Assembly: GCA_963833225.1 (NCBI GenBank)
Contig: CAWHXD010000017.1
Coordinates: forward strand, 160,001 to 224,000
Direction of reading: 5' to 3'
Length of the DNA stretch: 64,000 bases
Source of the DNA: an uncultured Chloroflexia bacterium
Lineage (GTDB): Bacteria > Chloroflexota > Limnocylindria > Limnocylindrales > CSP1-4
Shown: positions 19,735-31,166 of the stretch, one piece after another
Layout: each line of letters begins with the position of its first letter
Numbering within the stretch: the stretch's first letter is position 1
The notes under the pieces: model-generated
The model's database searches: none
The model's input: only the letters and a program-made list of their open reading frames with translations
What the model was told of the DNA's origin: nothing
Translations under genes and position numbers: made by a program

Positions 19735-20549
19735 GCCTCGGCCTCGCGTTCCCGGCGCACGGCGACCCAGCGCGCGACGAGGAGCAGGCCAGCCAGCACG
19801 AGGCCGGCGACGAAGCCCTCGGTCACAGGACCAACGGCCGGCCCCGTGGCGCCGCCGGGGTGGGGTGCCGAGCGCAGGTACTCGACGTACGCGGCCAGGT
19901 TGTTGCGTTCGGTCGGCGAGAACGAGAAGCGCGGCATCGGCCCCGGACCGGTCATGACCGCCTCGCCCACAGTGGTTGGATCCGCCATCGTCAGCGCCGG
20001 TGCGACGAATCCCCCACCGACGGAACCGCCGCCGCCGGCCGGTCCATGGCAGGCCGCACAGTTCGCGACGAACAGGTCCCGACCAAGCCCCGTGTCTGCA
20101 CCCGAGACGACCACGTTCGGGATCGCCGGCCCGCTGCCCAGCGAGGCCACGTAGGCCACGAGCGCCTGGATGTCCGCTTCATCGAATTGGGGTGGCCCGC
20201 GCCGGGCCGGTGCCGCCGGGTCGGCAAGCGGCATGCGTCCCGTCCGCAGCACGAAGTCCGCCAGCGCCGCGCCTGCCCCGCGGATGTCGGGACCGACATC
20301 GGTCCCCGAGCCCTGCGGCCCATGACAGGCCGCGCAGCTGGTCAGGAACAGCTGTTCACCGCGGCCCGCGAGCGTCACGGCGGACGTCGTCACGGTTGTG
20401 CTCGCGGGCGCCTGGGCACCCAGCACCGCGCCTGCGGCAGTGAGGGCAACGAGCAGGAGGCCGAACAACGCGACGTAGCCGGCCGCGACTTGCTTGCCGG
20501 AGAGCGTTCGCCTTCTTGCCGGCCGACGCCGGGAGCGGGCCGATGACAC
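19731..20549 (-). CDS. qcrC: Diheme cytochrome c subunit (start may be 20576)
   Basis: Two CAACH heme motifs; GPVTEG before the C-terminal TM. Confidence 0.92.
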   Translation of the reverse strand: MSSARSRRRPARRRTLSGKQVAAGYVALFGLLLVALTAAGAVLGAQAPASTTVTTSAVTLAGRGEQLFLTSCAACHGPQGSGTDVGPDIRGAGAALADFVLRTGRMPLADPAAPARRGPPQFDEADIQALVAYVASLGSGPAIPNVVVSGADTGLGRDLFVANCAACHGPAGGGGSVGGGFVAPALTMADPTTVGEAVMTGPGPMPRFSFSPTERNNLAAYVEYLRSAPHPGGATGPAVGPVTEGFVAGLVLAGLLLVARWVAVRREREAEA

Positions 20550-20731
20550 CGCGGGGGTCGCGTTCGCGGGATCTATCTCCGCCTCCTGCGTGCTAGGGCC
20601 CTCCTATCCTAGCCGCAAGGATGGATCATTTCCACGAGCGCCGCCCATCGGGCGCGATCGCAGGCGTCCCGTGAGCGCCGTCGGCGATCGATCGCTCTCA
20701 TGTCGCCCAGCCGCGGAGGACAGCCGCCCCG

Positions 20732-21085
20732 ATGCTCGCCGATCTTCACCGCTTGGTCGCGCTCCTCACCGCCGTGGCCGTCGGAGCCCTGCTCCTGGTC
20801 GTCCTGGCCGGGGCCGTGACTCACCACCAGCGGCGTTTCGCGCGGGACCGCGCGATCCTGGCCGGCGTCACGCTCGTCATCATCGCAGCCCTGGCCGGCG
20901 GTCTGCTGCTGGCAGGTGGCAGCCGGCCGGACGACCCGCTGCACCTGCTGTATGCCGCGGTCGCCTTGATCATCCTGCCGCTTGTCCGCTTCTGGGACCG
21001 CCTGGCAGGCAGGCGCGCCTTGGCGGTTGCCACCGGAGCCGTGATCCTCGCGCTGCTGCTGCTGCGGCTGTTCCAGACAGGCTGA
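20732..21085 (+). CDS. Small 4-TM hypothetical membrane protein
   Basis: Hydrophobic ORF with PLHLLY and C-terminal RLFQTG. Confidence 0.7.
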   Translation: MLADLHRLVALLTAVAVGALLLVVLAGAVTHHQRRFARDRAILAGVTLVIIAALAGGLLLAGGSRPDDPLHLLYAAVALIILPLVRFWDRLAGRRALAVATGAVILALLLLRLFQTG

Positions 21086-21136
21086 CCGACGCCTCGCGAG
21101 GCCTGACGAGCCTGCCGCGGGTCCCCCGGACCCGGC

Positions 21137-22450
<1,314 letters not shown>

Positions 22451-22460
22451 GGCTCCTGCG

Positions 22461-23147
22461 CTACCTCCCCGTTGCCGGACTCGGACCTTCATCCGAGATG
22501 GCGTCCGCCAACGAGGAACCCGCGCCGCCGGACAGCGCCGCGTCGTGCGCCTGCGCGATCAGGGAGTCACCCGGCAACGTGTAGACCGAATCGATGATGC
22601 CATATCCCTTGGCCTCTTCGGGCGACATGAACTTGTCACGGTTCGTGTCCTGCTCCACCGCCTCGATCGGCTGGCCGGTGTGCTGGGCCAGGATCTCGAT
22701 GTTGCGCTTGACGAGATATTCCCACTCTCGCATCTGGATCACGGCGTCGGGCGCGTTGCCACGGAACCCGCCCGACCCCTGGTGGATCATGATCCGGCTG
22801 TTGGGCAGGGCATACCGCTTCCCGGGCGCGCCGGCGGCGAGCAGGACGGCCGCCATCGAGGCCGCCATGCCGATGCAGATCGTGCTGACCGGCGCCCGGA
22901 GGTACTGCATCGTGTCGTAGATCGCGAGGCCCGCGTTGACCACGCCACCGGGCGAGTTGATGTACAGGCTGATGTCCTTCTCGGGGTCCTCGGACTCCAG
23001 GAACAGCAGCTGGGCGATGACGAGGTTGGCGAGGTGATCCTCGATCGCGTCGCCGAGGAAGATGATCCGCTCGCGGAGCAGGCGCGAGTAGATGTCGTAC
23101 GCGCGTTCCCCACGACTGGTGGATTCGATGACCATCGGGACGAGCAT
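22461..23147 (-). CDS. clpP: ATP-dependent Clp protease proteolytic subunit
   Basis: [29 protein letters not shown]. Confidence 0.97.
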   Translation of the reverse strand: MLVPMVIESTSRGERAYDIYSRLLRERIIFLGDAIEDHLANLVIAQLLFLESEDPEKDISLYINSPGGVVNAGLAIYDTMQYLRAPVSTICIGMAASMAAVLLAAGAPGKRYALPNSRIMIHQGSGGFRGNAPDAVIQMREWEYLVKRNIEILAQHTGQPIEAVEQDTNRDKFMSPEEAKGYGIIDSVYTLPGDSLIAQAHDAALSGGAGSSLADAISDEGPSPATGR

Positions 23148-23195
23148 CGCGGGTCTCCCCTGGGTGTGGTCGGACATCGCCGGCGTGAGCGTTGG

Positions 23196-24605
23196 CTAGT
23201 CGATGGCAGCCGGGAGGGCACCCGGGTCGGTGGCGTCGACGGACGCGTTGGCTTCAGCCTGGGGGGCGTCGACGGCCGAGGGCTCGTCGTCCTCCAGGTG
23301 CGGCAGCGGCGGGTGCTCGGGATGGGCGGCCAGCCAGCGATCCACGAGGGTCTCCACGAGCCGGGTCCGCCGGAGCGTGCTGCGAATGAAGTTGCGGCCA
23401 CGCTCGGACTCGAAGTACCGGCCGGTCTTGGGGTCTTCGTAGCGTGCGAGGGCCGTCTGCACCTGTGCCTCGACGTCGGCCTCGGGGATCTCGATCCCCT
23501 CGGCGTCCGCGATCTTGCTGAGCACGAGGAGCACCTTCGTCCGGTGCTCGGCACGGGGCCGGAACTCGGCGTGGAGGTCCGTCTCGCTCTGGCCCGTGGC
23601 CTTGAGGTAGGCGGCCTCGCCGATCCCCTGGCGAGCGAGCTGCGATCGGAACTCGTCGTGCATCACCTCGACCTCCTGGTCCACGAGGACCTCCGGGAGC
23701 TCGATGGTGCTGTTGGCGACGGCATACTCGATGATCTTGTCGGCGAACTCGTGGCGCGCACGATCGAGCGCGTTGCGGCGCAGCCGCTGATCGACATCGG
23801 CCTTGAGCGCCGCCAGGTCCGCGTACTCGCCCATGTTCCGGGCGAAGTCGTCGTCCGCGGGCGGCATGACCTTCTCGCGCAGCTCCTTGAGGTCCACGTG
23901 GAAGCGGACCGGCTGGCCGGCGAGGCTCTCCTCCGCATAGTCCTCCGGGAAGGTGATGTCGAAGTCCGTGGACTCGCCCGGCCGGAGGCCGACGATGTTC
24001 GCCTCGAAGCCCGGGATCAGGCGGTCCTCGCCGAGGATGAGCGGCATGCGCTCCGAGGTGCCACCGTCGAACGGGGCACCGTCCTTCGTCCCGGCGAACC
24101 CGATGACGGCCCAGTCCCCGTCCTGCGCGGCGCGCTCCTCGACGGCCGCGAGGGTCGCGTTCTGGTCCCGCAGCTCGTCGATGACCTTGTCGACCTTGTC
24201 CGGGGTGACGTCCTCGATCTCGGGCGCGAAGTTGTACCCGGCGTAGTCGCCCAGCTCCACCTCGGGCCGGACCTGGACCGTCGCCTTGAACTTGAGCGGC
24301 TTGCCCTCCTCGGCGTCGACCAGCTCCACGTCGGCGTTGGTGAGCGGGACGATGCCCTGCTCGACGATCGCGTCCCGGTAGGCAACCTGGACGAGCTGCT
24401 CGACGGCCTCGTCGAGCACCGCCGTAGGCCCGAGGACGCGCTCGAGGATCGGCCGTGGGGCCTTGCCGGGGCGGAAACCCGCCACGCGTGTCCGCCTCGA
24501 GAGGCGCTGCGTGGCGTCGCGCATGGCGCGGTCCAGCCGATCGGCGGGGACCTCGATCTCGAGGAGGATGGAGCTCTTGGGGGCAGGGGTGGCCGTCACA
24601 TTCAT
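23196..24605 (-). CDS. tig: Trigger factor
   Basis: GFRPGKAP signature; FKBP domain LIPGFE. Confidence 0.97.
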   Translation of the reverse strand: MNVTATPAPKSSILLEIEVPADRLDRAMRDATQRLSRRTRVAGFRPGKAPRPILERVLGPTAVLDEAVEQLVQVAYRDAIVEQGIVPLTNADVELVDAEEGKPLKFKATVQVRPEVELGDYAGYNFAPEIEDVTPDKVDKVIDELRDQNATLAAVEERAAQDGDWAVIGFAGTKDGAPFDGGTSERMPLILGEDRLIPGFEANIVGLRPGESTDFDITFPEDYAEESLAGQPVRFHVDLKELREKVMPPADDDFARNMGEYADLAALKADVDQRLRRNALDRARHEFADKIIEYAVANSTIELPEVLVDQEVEVMHDEFRSQLARQGIGEAAYLKATGQSETDLHAEFRPRAEHRTKVLLVLSKIADAEGIEIPEADVEAQVQTALARYEDPKTGRYFESERGRNFIRSTLRRTRLVETLVDRWLAAHPEHPPLPHLEDDEPSAVDAPQAEANASVDATDPGALPAAID

Positions 24606-24766
24606 CGCCGGGCGAGTATAGGGTGGGTCGGCGGTCGGGGCGGCGAGGTGACGCCATCCCCCGATCGGCGCCGGCGTGTCGGTCCGCGGTGCGAACGGCG
24701 GCGAAGGCCCGGTCGGGTGGGGCTGTCGCGATCCGGACATGGTCCGCGCGCTAGACTCGGCGTCAC

Positions 24767-24854
24767 GGGCGAGTGGCGAAATGGCAGACGCGCCGGCCTT
24801 AGGAGCCGGTGTTCCGTGAGGAACGTGTCGGTTCGACTCCGACCTCGCCTACCA
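24767..24854 (+). tRNA. tRNA-Leu (anticodon TAG)
   Basis: GGGCGAG/CTCGCCT acceptor stem, CCGGC-CTTAGGA-GCCGG anticodon arm, long variable arm, GGTTCGACTCC, encoded CCA; TAGACT -10 upstream. Confidence 0.95.
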
Positions 24855-24868
24855 GCCTCCCGGTGGCG

Positions 24869-25438
24869 TCAGGACGGCTTGTCGATCCCCGCTGCGGCCC
24901 GCCTGGCACGGACCTTGTCCAGCTGCTCGCGCAGCTGGGTCGGGTCCGCCGTCGTGAGCTGGTCCACGATCTGCTTCCCGTAGCGCGCGATGAGCGGCTT
25001 GCCGGCGCTCCTGAGCAGCGATGAGATCGTCCCCGACAGGTCCCGGCTCTTGCGCTCGGGCGCCTTCTCGTCGAGGTAGGCCGCGAACTCGCGCTCGATC
25101 GTGCCGCGGACCCTGGCCCCGTCGTCACCGAGCTTGCCGAGCGCCTCGTCGATCTCCTTGGGCAGCAGCGACTTGGGCAGCGGATCCGGTGTCCCGAACA
25201 CGGCGTTCCGAGCCCGGCGGAACAGCCGCCGGGGGCCACCCACCACGAGGAACGCGGCACCGGTCGCCACGCCCGCGGCCTTGACCGGGTTGCGCCTGAC
25301 CTTGCTCTTGATGTCGACCGCGGCGCGCGCCGAAGCCTCGAGCCGGACGAGCTCCTCGTCGAGGCTCGCCCGTGAGGCCAGCAGCGCCTCTCGCGCCGCT
25401 ACGACCTCGGGGTGCGGGGCACTCGCGCCTTCGCCCAC
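24869..25438 (-). CDS. DUF3618-like hypothetical protein
   Basis: ASRASLDEELVRLE...KSKVRRNPVK followed by a TM segment; follows a holin-X-like gene. Start inferred. Confidence 0.65.
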   Translation of the reverse strand: MGEGASAPHPEVVAAREALLASRASLDEELVRLEASARAAVDIKSKVRRNPVKAAGVATGAAFLVVGGPRRLFRRARNAVFGTPDPLPKSLLPKEIDEALGKLGDDGARVRGTIEREFAAYLDEKAPERKSRDLSGTISSLLRSAGKPLIARYGKQIVDQLTTADPTQLREQLDKVRARRAAAGIDKPS

Positions 25439-26223
25439 TCGATGCTCTCCTTCGCGGTGTCGATGGTGGTGGAGGGATAGAACCGGTTCTTCAGTGCCTC
25501 GGTGTCGATGCCCTGGCGCTGGGTCCGGAGCCCGCTGAGGATGGGCCAGGCCAGCAGGAACGCCGCGACGCCGAGCGCCGCGCCGACACGGAGCCCGAAC
25601 GTGATCGAGAGGAACGCGCCCGCCAGCACGCCAGCGATGAGGCCCCCGACCAGCCCGCCGATCGCGCCGGAACCGCCGCCGGCCCTGGCGCCCAGCACCA
25701 GCCCGACCACGGCGCCGAGGATGCCGACGATGACGACCCCCAGCACGAGCGGCCGGACCGCCGGATCGACGCTCAGGCCGGACGCATCGCCGATCGACCG
25801 GAACAGCGCATTCGGGAGATCGAAGCCGAGCACGAGCCCGACGACCACGCCCACGACCAGCGCGATGACGATGTCGACCGCCAGCCCGGGGATGCGCAGC
25901 GCGACCAGCACCGCCATCACGGCGACCGCGACCAGCAGCTCGGAGCCGAGCAGGAGGCCCCAGCCGATCGAGCCGAACACCCACTCCCCGACGAACAGCA
26001 TGCCGCCGATCGAGAGCAGGAGCGTGAGCAGGATGATGCTAGCGAGGGCAACCCCGCCCAGCGCCGCGGCTCGCGCGACCTCGCCCTTGATCGCGTCGAT
26101 CTCAGCCTTGGCCAGCTCGATGTGGGCCCGGACGAAGCTGATCGCCGCCTGGCGGGTTGCGCCGAACTGCGCTCGAAGCCCGGGCTCGGGCGCGGGCGCG
26201 GGCGCGGGCGACGCGGGGTCCAT
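25399..26223 (-). CDS. Holin-X/YqjE-like membrane protein with extra TM segments
   Basis: VRAHIELAKAEI N-terminal and PSTTIDTAKESIEW C-terminal motifs. Confidence 0.7.
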   Translation of the reverse strand: MDPASPAPAPAPEPGLRAQFGATRQAAISFVRAHIELAKAEIDAIKGEVARAAALGGVALASIILLTLLLSIGGMLFVGEWVFGSIGWGLLLGSELLVAVAVMAVLVALRIPGLAVDIVIALVVGVVVGLVLGFDLPNALFRSIGDASGLSVDPAVRPLVLGVVIVGILGAVVGLVLGARAGGGSGAIGGLVGGLIAGVLAGAFLSITFGLRVGAALGVAAFLLAWPILSGLRTQRQGIDTEALKNRFYPSTTIDTAKESIEWAKARVPRTPRS

Positions 26224-26375
26224 GGCGGGTTGTTCGGCGTCCAGCGGTTGTCCTCCGCGGCAGTGATTGGCGGTCATCGGGGGGAGCCCGTTCATGATAC
26301 CAGCGTGGTCCTCGCCGCCCCAGCGGCACGCCCGCCGACACCCGCGCACCGTCCCCGTCGCGATACGCTCCGCGC

Positions 26376-27578
26376 ATGACCGACGCCCCGCATCCACCGA
26401 CCTCACCCCGCCCCATCGTCGCCGCCGAGCTGCTCGCCATCGGCTCCGAGCTGACGGTGGGCGAGACGACCGACACGAACAGCGGTGAGCTGGCCCGCTC
26501 ACTGGTCGCCAGCGGGGTCCACGTCACGCGGATCGCGAACCTCCCGGACGACCTGCCCACGGTGGTCGAGGCGCTTCGCACCGCGCTCACCCGCGCCGAC
26601 CTCGTGGTCACCACCGGCGGTCTCGGGCCGACGCCGGACGACCTGACCCGGGAGGCGGTCGCCGAGACCTGTGGCGAGACGGTCTCCGTCGATCCGGAGG
26701 TCCTGGACTGGCTCAAGGGGCTGTGGGCGCGGCGGGGCCACCCGTTCCCGTCGGTCAACGTCAAACAGGCCTGGACCATTCCGTCCGCCACGAGCCTGCC
26801 CAACCCGAACGGCACGGCCCCGGGCTGGCTCGTCGACCGGCCCGACGGCCGCGTGATCGTCACCCTGCCCGGTCCTCCGCGCGAGATGCGGCCGATGTGG
26901 GCCGAACAGGCCCTGCCCCGTCTCGCGGCTCGTGGCGTTGGCGGCGACCTCGTCGTGCGCACGCTGCGGCTGCACGGGATCGGCGAGTCCCAGCTGGCCG
27001 AGGAGCTGGGCGAGGCCATCCTGCGAGCGGCGAACCCGGTCGTTGCGACCTATGCGCGGGCCGAGGCCGTGGACGTGCGGATCAGCGCCCGGCCCGACGC
27101 GGGTCGCAGCGCGGACCAGATCGCAGACGAGGCCGAGGCCGCGCTCATGGCCCTGCTCGGGCGATACGTGTGGGCACATGGCTCGACGACCTGGGCCGGC
27201 GCCATCGGCGAGGCCCTCGCGACCCGGGGCTGGACGCTGGCCACGACAGAGCGCGGCACCGCGGGCGCGCTGGTCGGGCTGCTCCGCGGCCTGCCGGCCC
27301 TCGCCCGCGCGGAGGTGGACAACGACCGCACCCTCGCGGTCGACGCCGCGACCGTGGCCACCGAGGCGGAGCGCGTCCGCACAGCGGCGGGCGCCGACGT
27401 GGGCTTCGCCCTGGCCACCATCGACCGCGACGTCGACACCCGGGTCATCGTTGCGGTCGCGACCCCGTCCGGGACCCACGGTGACGAGCGGCTGGCCTTC
27501 CAGCGCGGCGCGCAGGGCGCGGACCGCGCGGCGATCGCCGGGGTCGCGGTCCTGCTGGCGGTGCTCCGGGACACCTAG
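26376..27578 (+). CDS. cinA: CinA family protein (MocF domain plus degenerate C-terminal deamidase domain)
   Basis: IGSELTVGETTDTN, GGLGPTPDDLT, NGTAPG, LPGPPREM. Confidence 0.9.
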   Translation: MTDAPHPPTSPRPIVAAELLAIGSELTVGETTDTNSGELARSLVASGVHVTRIANLPDDLPTVVEALRTALTRADLVVTTGGLGPTPDDLTREAVAETCGETVSVDPEVLDWLKGLWARRGHPFPSVNVKQAWTIPSATSLPNPNGTAPGWLVDRPDGRVIVTLPGPPREMRPMWAEQALPRLAARGVGGDLVVRTLRLHGIGESQLAEELGEAILRAANPVVATYARAEAVDVRISARPDAGRSADQIADEAEAALMALLGRYVWAHGSTTWAGAIGEALATRGWTLATTERGTAGALVGLLRGLPALARAEVDNDRTLAVDAATVATEAERVRTAAGADVGFALATIDRDVDTRVIVAVATPSGTHGDERLAFQRGAQGADRAAIAGVAVLLAVLRDT

Positions 27579-28903
27579 CCCCGGCGGTCGGCGAGGGCCT
27601 CCCGGACGGCGCCGATGAACGGCCGGTGCCGAACGGCGCGAGGCCATGCCACGCGCTCCAGGCCGGCGAATGCCAGGTGCGCGCGGATCGCCTCCGCGAC
27701 CGCGGCGGGGAACCCCGGCTGCGCGGCATCGTCGAGCGCGTCGAAGCCATCCTCCCACCACAGCCCCAGGATGCGCAGCGTGCCGGTCCGCCGATCGATC
27801 CGCGGCTCGATCCGGCCCACGATGCGGTCCCCGTACAGCAGGGGCAGCACGTAGTACCCCCAGCGCCGCTTCGCTTCCGGGACGTAGACCTCCCACACGT
27901 AGTCGAACCCGAACAGCCGGCGGGCGAGGTCCCGGTCCCACATCAGCGGATCGAGCGGTGCGAGGAACGCAACCCCGGCCGGCGATCCTCCGGGTGCAGG
28001 CGGCGCCACCCCGCGGTCCTCCGCCGCCACCTCGCGCTCGGCCTGTTCGAGCCATGCCAGGTCCTCCGCCACGAGGTACCGCGACCCCTTCAGCCCTTCC
28101 ACGTCGACGGTCACGAGGTCGCCGGCCTCCACGAGCTCCGCGTGGAGCGCCCGCCGCCCCGGGGTCTGCAGCGGGACGCCATCCTCGACCCCGAGCGCCT
28201 CCCGGGGTGAGGTGCCAAACCACAGCTCCGGGCTGCCGGTCGCCCCCAGCAGACCATGGGCGCGGTACCGAGACAGCAGGCGGTGCCGGAACTGGTCGCG
28301 GACGGCCGGCCGGAGCGCCAGCACGTCCGCCGGCAGCAGACGCTCGGCGAGGTCGTACACCCGCCGGTTCCCCTCCCGTCGGGCGATGCCCAGGATCCCG
28401 GCCTCCGCAAGAGCTTCGAGCACCGCACGCACCTGGTTCGTCGGTCGCCAGTACCAGTCGATGGCTGCCCGGGGCTCGATGTCCGTGGACGAGAGCGGCC
28501 CCTCGGCCCGAATCCGGTCGAGCAGCTCCTCGACCAGCGGCGCGTGCGCATCGAAGGCACCGCCCTCGTGCCGCACGCGGGCCCGGTCCCAGGTCACGCG
28601 GTGCCACGGGATGGCTGTCGTGGGCAGCAGGCTGAGGCCCTTGTTGTACGCCTCGAACAGCTCCCGGCGGTCGTAGAGGAGGGCGTCGGTCATCTGCCGC
28701 CGATAGCCCGCCACCCGCGCCAGCAGGACAAGGTCGTGGTTGCGACCGGCGACCTCGAGCGGGTCGAACTGGATGCTGCCCAGTCGCTCGAACACGCGAA
28801 GCACGCTGCCCTCGCCGGGAGGCAGCGATCGCGGCGGAGCCAGGAGGTGCCGCAGCACGAGGAAGCGGCGCGCAACCGCCGCCGAGGCCCGGTACGGGGT
28901 CAC
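27575..28903 (-). CDS. YcaQ/AlkZ-family crosslink-repair DNA glycosylase (HTH_42)
   Basis: QFDPLEVAGRNHDL, LAPLDPLMWDR, WEVYVPEAKRRWGYYVLP. Confidence 0.88.
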   Translation of the reverse strand: MTPYRASAAVARRFLVLRHLLAPPRSLPPGEGSVLRVFERLGSIQFDPLEVAGRNHDLVLLARVAGYRRQMTDALLYDRRELFEAYNKGLSLLPTTAIPWHRVTWDRARVRHEGGAFDAHAPLVEELLDRIRAEGPLSSTDIEPRAAIDWYWRPTNQVRAVLEALAEAGILGIARREGNRRVYDLAERLLPADVLALRPAVRDQFRHRLLSRYRAHGLLGATGSPELWFGTSPREALGVEDGVPLQTPGRRALHAELVEAGDLVTVDVEGLKGSRYLVAEDLAWLEQAEREVAAEDRGVAPPAPGGSPAGVAFLAPLDPLMWDRDLARRLFGFDYVWEVYVPEAKRRWGYYVLPLLYGDRIVGRIEPRIDRRTGTLRILGLWWEDGFDALDDAAQPGFPAAVAEAIRAHLAFAGLERVAWPRAVRHRPFIGAVREALADRRG

Positions 28904-28915
28904 GAGGCTGGGCGG

Positions 28916-29632
28916 CTAGCGTCGCGCTGCGCGCTGGAGCCCGGGCAGGTCCAGCACCACGATCGCCTCACGCTCCAGCCGGATGTGCCCGTCGTCGGCC
29001 AGGTAGCCCAGCAGCTTGTTGACGCTCTGCCGGGTGCTGCCCACCATCGCGGCCAGCTCACCCTGCGTGATCGGGCCCTCGAGACGGAGCTGCCCATCGT
29101 CACCGGCGCTCCCCTGCTCCTCGGCCATGCGCGCCAGGCGGGCCGCCAGGCGTCCCGCGATGTCGAGGAAGTGGAGCTCTTCCACGTGGTAGGTCAGCCG
29201 GCGCAGCTCTCGCGCCAGCTCCGCGAACACGTGGTCGCGGATCTCCGGCCAGTCGTTGACCAGCTGGCGGAAGGTGTCGCGGGGCAGGATCAACGTCTCG
29301 GTCAGCTCGACGGCCGTTGCGGAGGCGGACCGGGGCGCCCCGTCCAGCAGCGCCAACGAGCCAAAGAACTCGCCCGGGCGCAGGGTCGTCAGGATCGCCT
29401 CCACACCCGACTCGGACGGGCTCGAGATCTTCACCCGTCCGGAGATGATGATGTACAGCGAATCGCCGGGATCGCCCTGGTGAAAGATGACCTCCCCGCG
29501 CCGGTGCCGCCGGGTCCGAAGGCTGGCGGCCAGGGTCCCCAGGTCCCGTTCGGACAGGTCCCGGAACAGCGGCACGCTCTCGAGGATCGCGCGCTGAGCG
29601 GCCGGATCTGACGGGGGACGGACCTGGCTCAT
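28916..29632 (-). CDS. Crp/Fnr family transcriptional regulator
   Basis: cNMP domain (IFHQGD, PRSA) and HTH TQGELAAMVGSTRQSVNK. Confidence 0.93.
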   Translation of the reverse strand: MSQVRPPSDPAAQRAILESVPLFRDLSERDLGTLAASLRTRRHRRGEVIFHQGDPGDSLYIIISGRVKISSPSESGVEAILTTLRPGEFFGSLALLDGAPRSASATAVELTETLILPRDTFRQLVNDWPEIRDHVFAELARELRRLTYHVEELHFLDIAGRLAARLARMAEEQGSAGDDGQLRLEGPITQGELAAMVGSTRQSVNKLLGYLADDGHIRLEREAIVVLDLPGLQRAARR

Positions 29633-29714
29633 CAGTGGCAATCCTCCTGGGCCGCAGACGGTGCGACCGCGCCCCGATCGGCGCGGGAACGCACGCCGAC
29701 CCGGGTGCGAACCC

Positions 29715-30792
29715 TCAGGAGACCGAGAGGACCGGCGCCTGGGTGGTCTCGGCCCGGACGCTCATGCGCGCGGCGACAAGCCTGGCCACGGTCTCCAGCG
29801 CCTGGGCAGCCGGACCCGGCTCGCGCTGGGCGACCGCCGGGACACCGGCATCGCCGCCCTGGCGAACGGTGACATCAAGCGGCACCTTGCCCAGGAACTC
29901 CACGCCGTGCTGCTCCGCGAAGCGCTCGCCACCACCGCGGCCGAAGATCTCGGTGGCCTCGCCGCAGTGCGGACACACGAACGCGCTCATGTTCTCGACG
30001 AGCCCGATGATCGGGACGTTGAGCCGGCGCAGCATGGACAGGGCCTTGGCGACGTCGGACAGGGCGACCTCCTGCGGGGTCGTCACCAGCACGGTGCCGC
30101 TGATCGGCACGGCCTGTGCCAGGGTCAGCTGCGCATCCGACGTTCCGGGCGGCAGGTCGACCACCAGGTAGTCCAGCTCGCCCCACTCCACGTCACGCAG
30201 GAACTGGCTGATGGCACCCCCGATGAGCGGGCCGCGCCACACGATGGGCTGGCCCTCGGGGACGAAGAACTGGATCGAGATCGCCTTCACGCCGTGCCGC
30301 TCGAGGGGGATGATCTTGTTGTTCTCGCTGGCCTGCGGCTGGCCCTCGAGGCCGAGCATCATCGGGATGTTGGGTCCGGTGATGTCCGCGTCCAGGAGGC
30401 CCACCGAGGCGCCGGCATTCGCGAGCGCGACGGCGAGGTTCACGCGACACGGTGCTCTTGCCGACGCCACCCTTGCCCGACGCGACGGCGATGATGTTCT
30501 TCACGCCGGGCACCAGCTGCTCCGCGGTGCGCGGCGCGGCGCGGCGGACGGTCGCGCCCCAGGCGACGCTCAGCTCCTCGACCCCGAGCGGGATCAGCGC
30601 GCGGCGGACCTCCGCCTCGATCTGGTCCTTGAGCGGACAGGCGGGCGTCGTCAGCTCGATGGTGAAGGCCACCTTGGTGCCGTTGATGACCAGGTCCCGG
30701 ATCATGTTCCGGCTGACGAGGTCACCGCCGAGCTCGGGTTCCTGGACAGTGCGGAGGGCGGCGAGGACGTCGGACTCGGTGATGGCGCTCAT
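29715..30792 (-). CDS. mrp: Mrp/NBP35 (ApbC) Fe-S carrier ATPase, frameshift at ~30447
   Basis: ELTTPACP and SGKGGVGKST in one frame; NLAVALA, DLPPGT, ENMS, CPHC in another. Confidence 0.88.
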
Positions 30793-31039
30793 GGAAGTTC
30801 GGCTCGCTCCTTGCGGACGGGATGCCCGGGGCCGATATCGACGCGCGGGCTGTCGAATCGTACCCGCGGGGCGCCCGGGGTGCCCGCGCGCGCTCCCGGG
30901 CCGGGTCACGGGTGCGGATGGCGGGCCGGAGATCGGCACCGCGCACGTCGCCAATTCCTGCGATTTGGTGCCCGCTGACATTCCCGGCGTGCGGAAGTTC
31001 GCGGAATCCGACCCGGCGAACGGTCCATGCTTCGCGAAT

Positions 31040-31069
31040 TTGACACCACCGTCTCCCCGCTCCTATCGT
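31040..31069 (+). promoter_or_regulatory. Sigma70-type promoter of the polyamine operon
   Basis: TTGACA-N18-TATCGT. Confidence 0.55.
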
Positions 31070-31166
31070 TCGAGCCGCCGACGGGCTTCGCGTGTACCGT
31101 CCGCACGCACCCCGGGCCCGCCCGGGACGACCCGTCCCGTAGCCGTGGAGGAGCTGGACTGCGCCC

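Noticed and set aside
24767-26223. Prophage or island at tRNA-Leu (holin-like gene adjacent)
   Set aside because: No integrase, no duplicated tRNA 3' end seen, no phage genes; holin-X/DUF3618 pairs are ordinary chromosomal genes.
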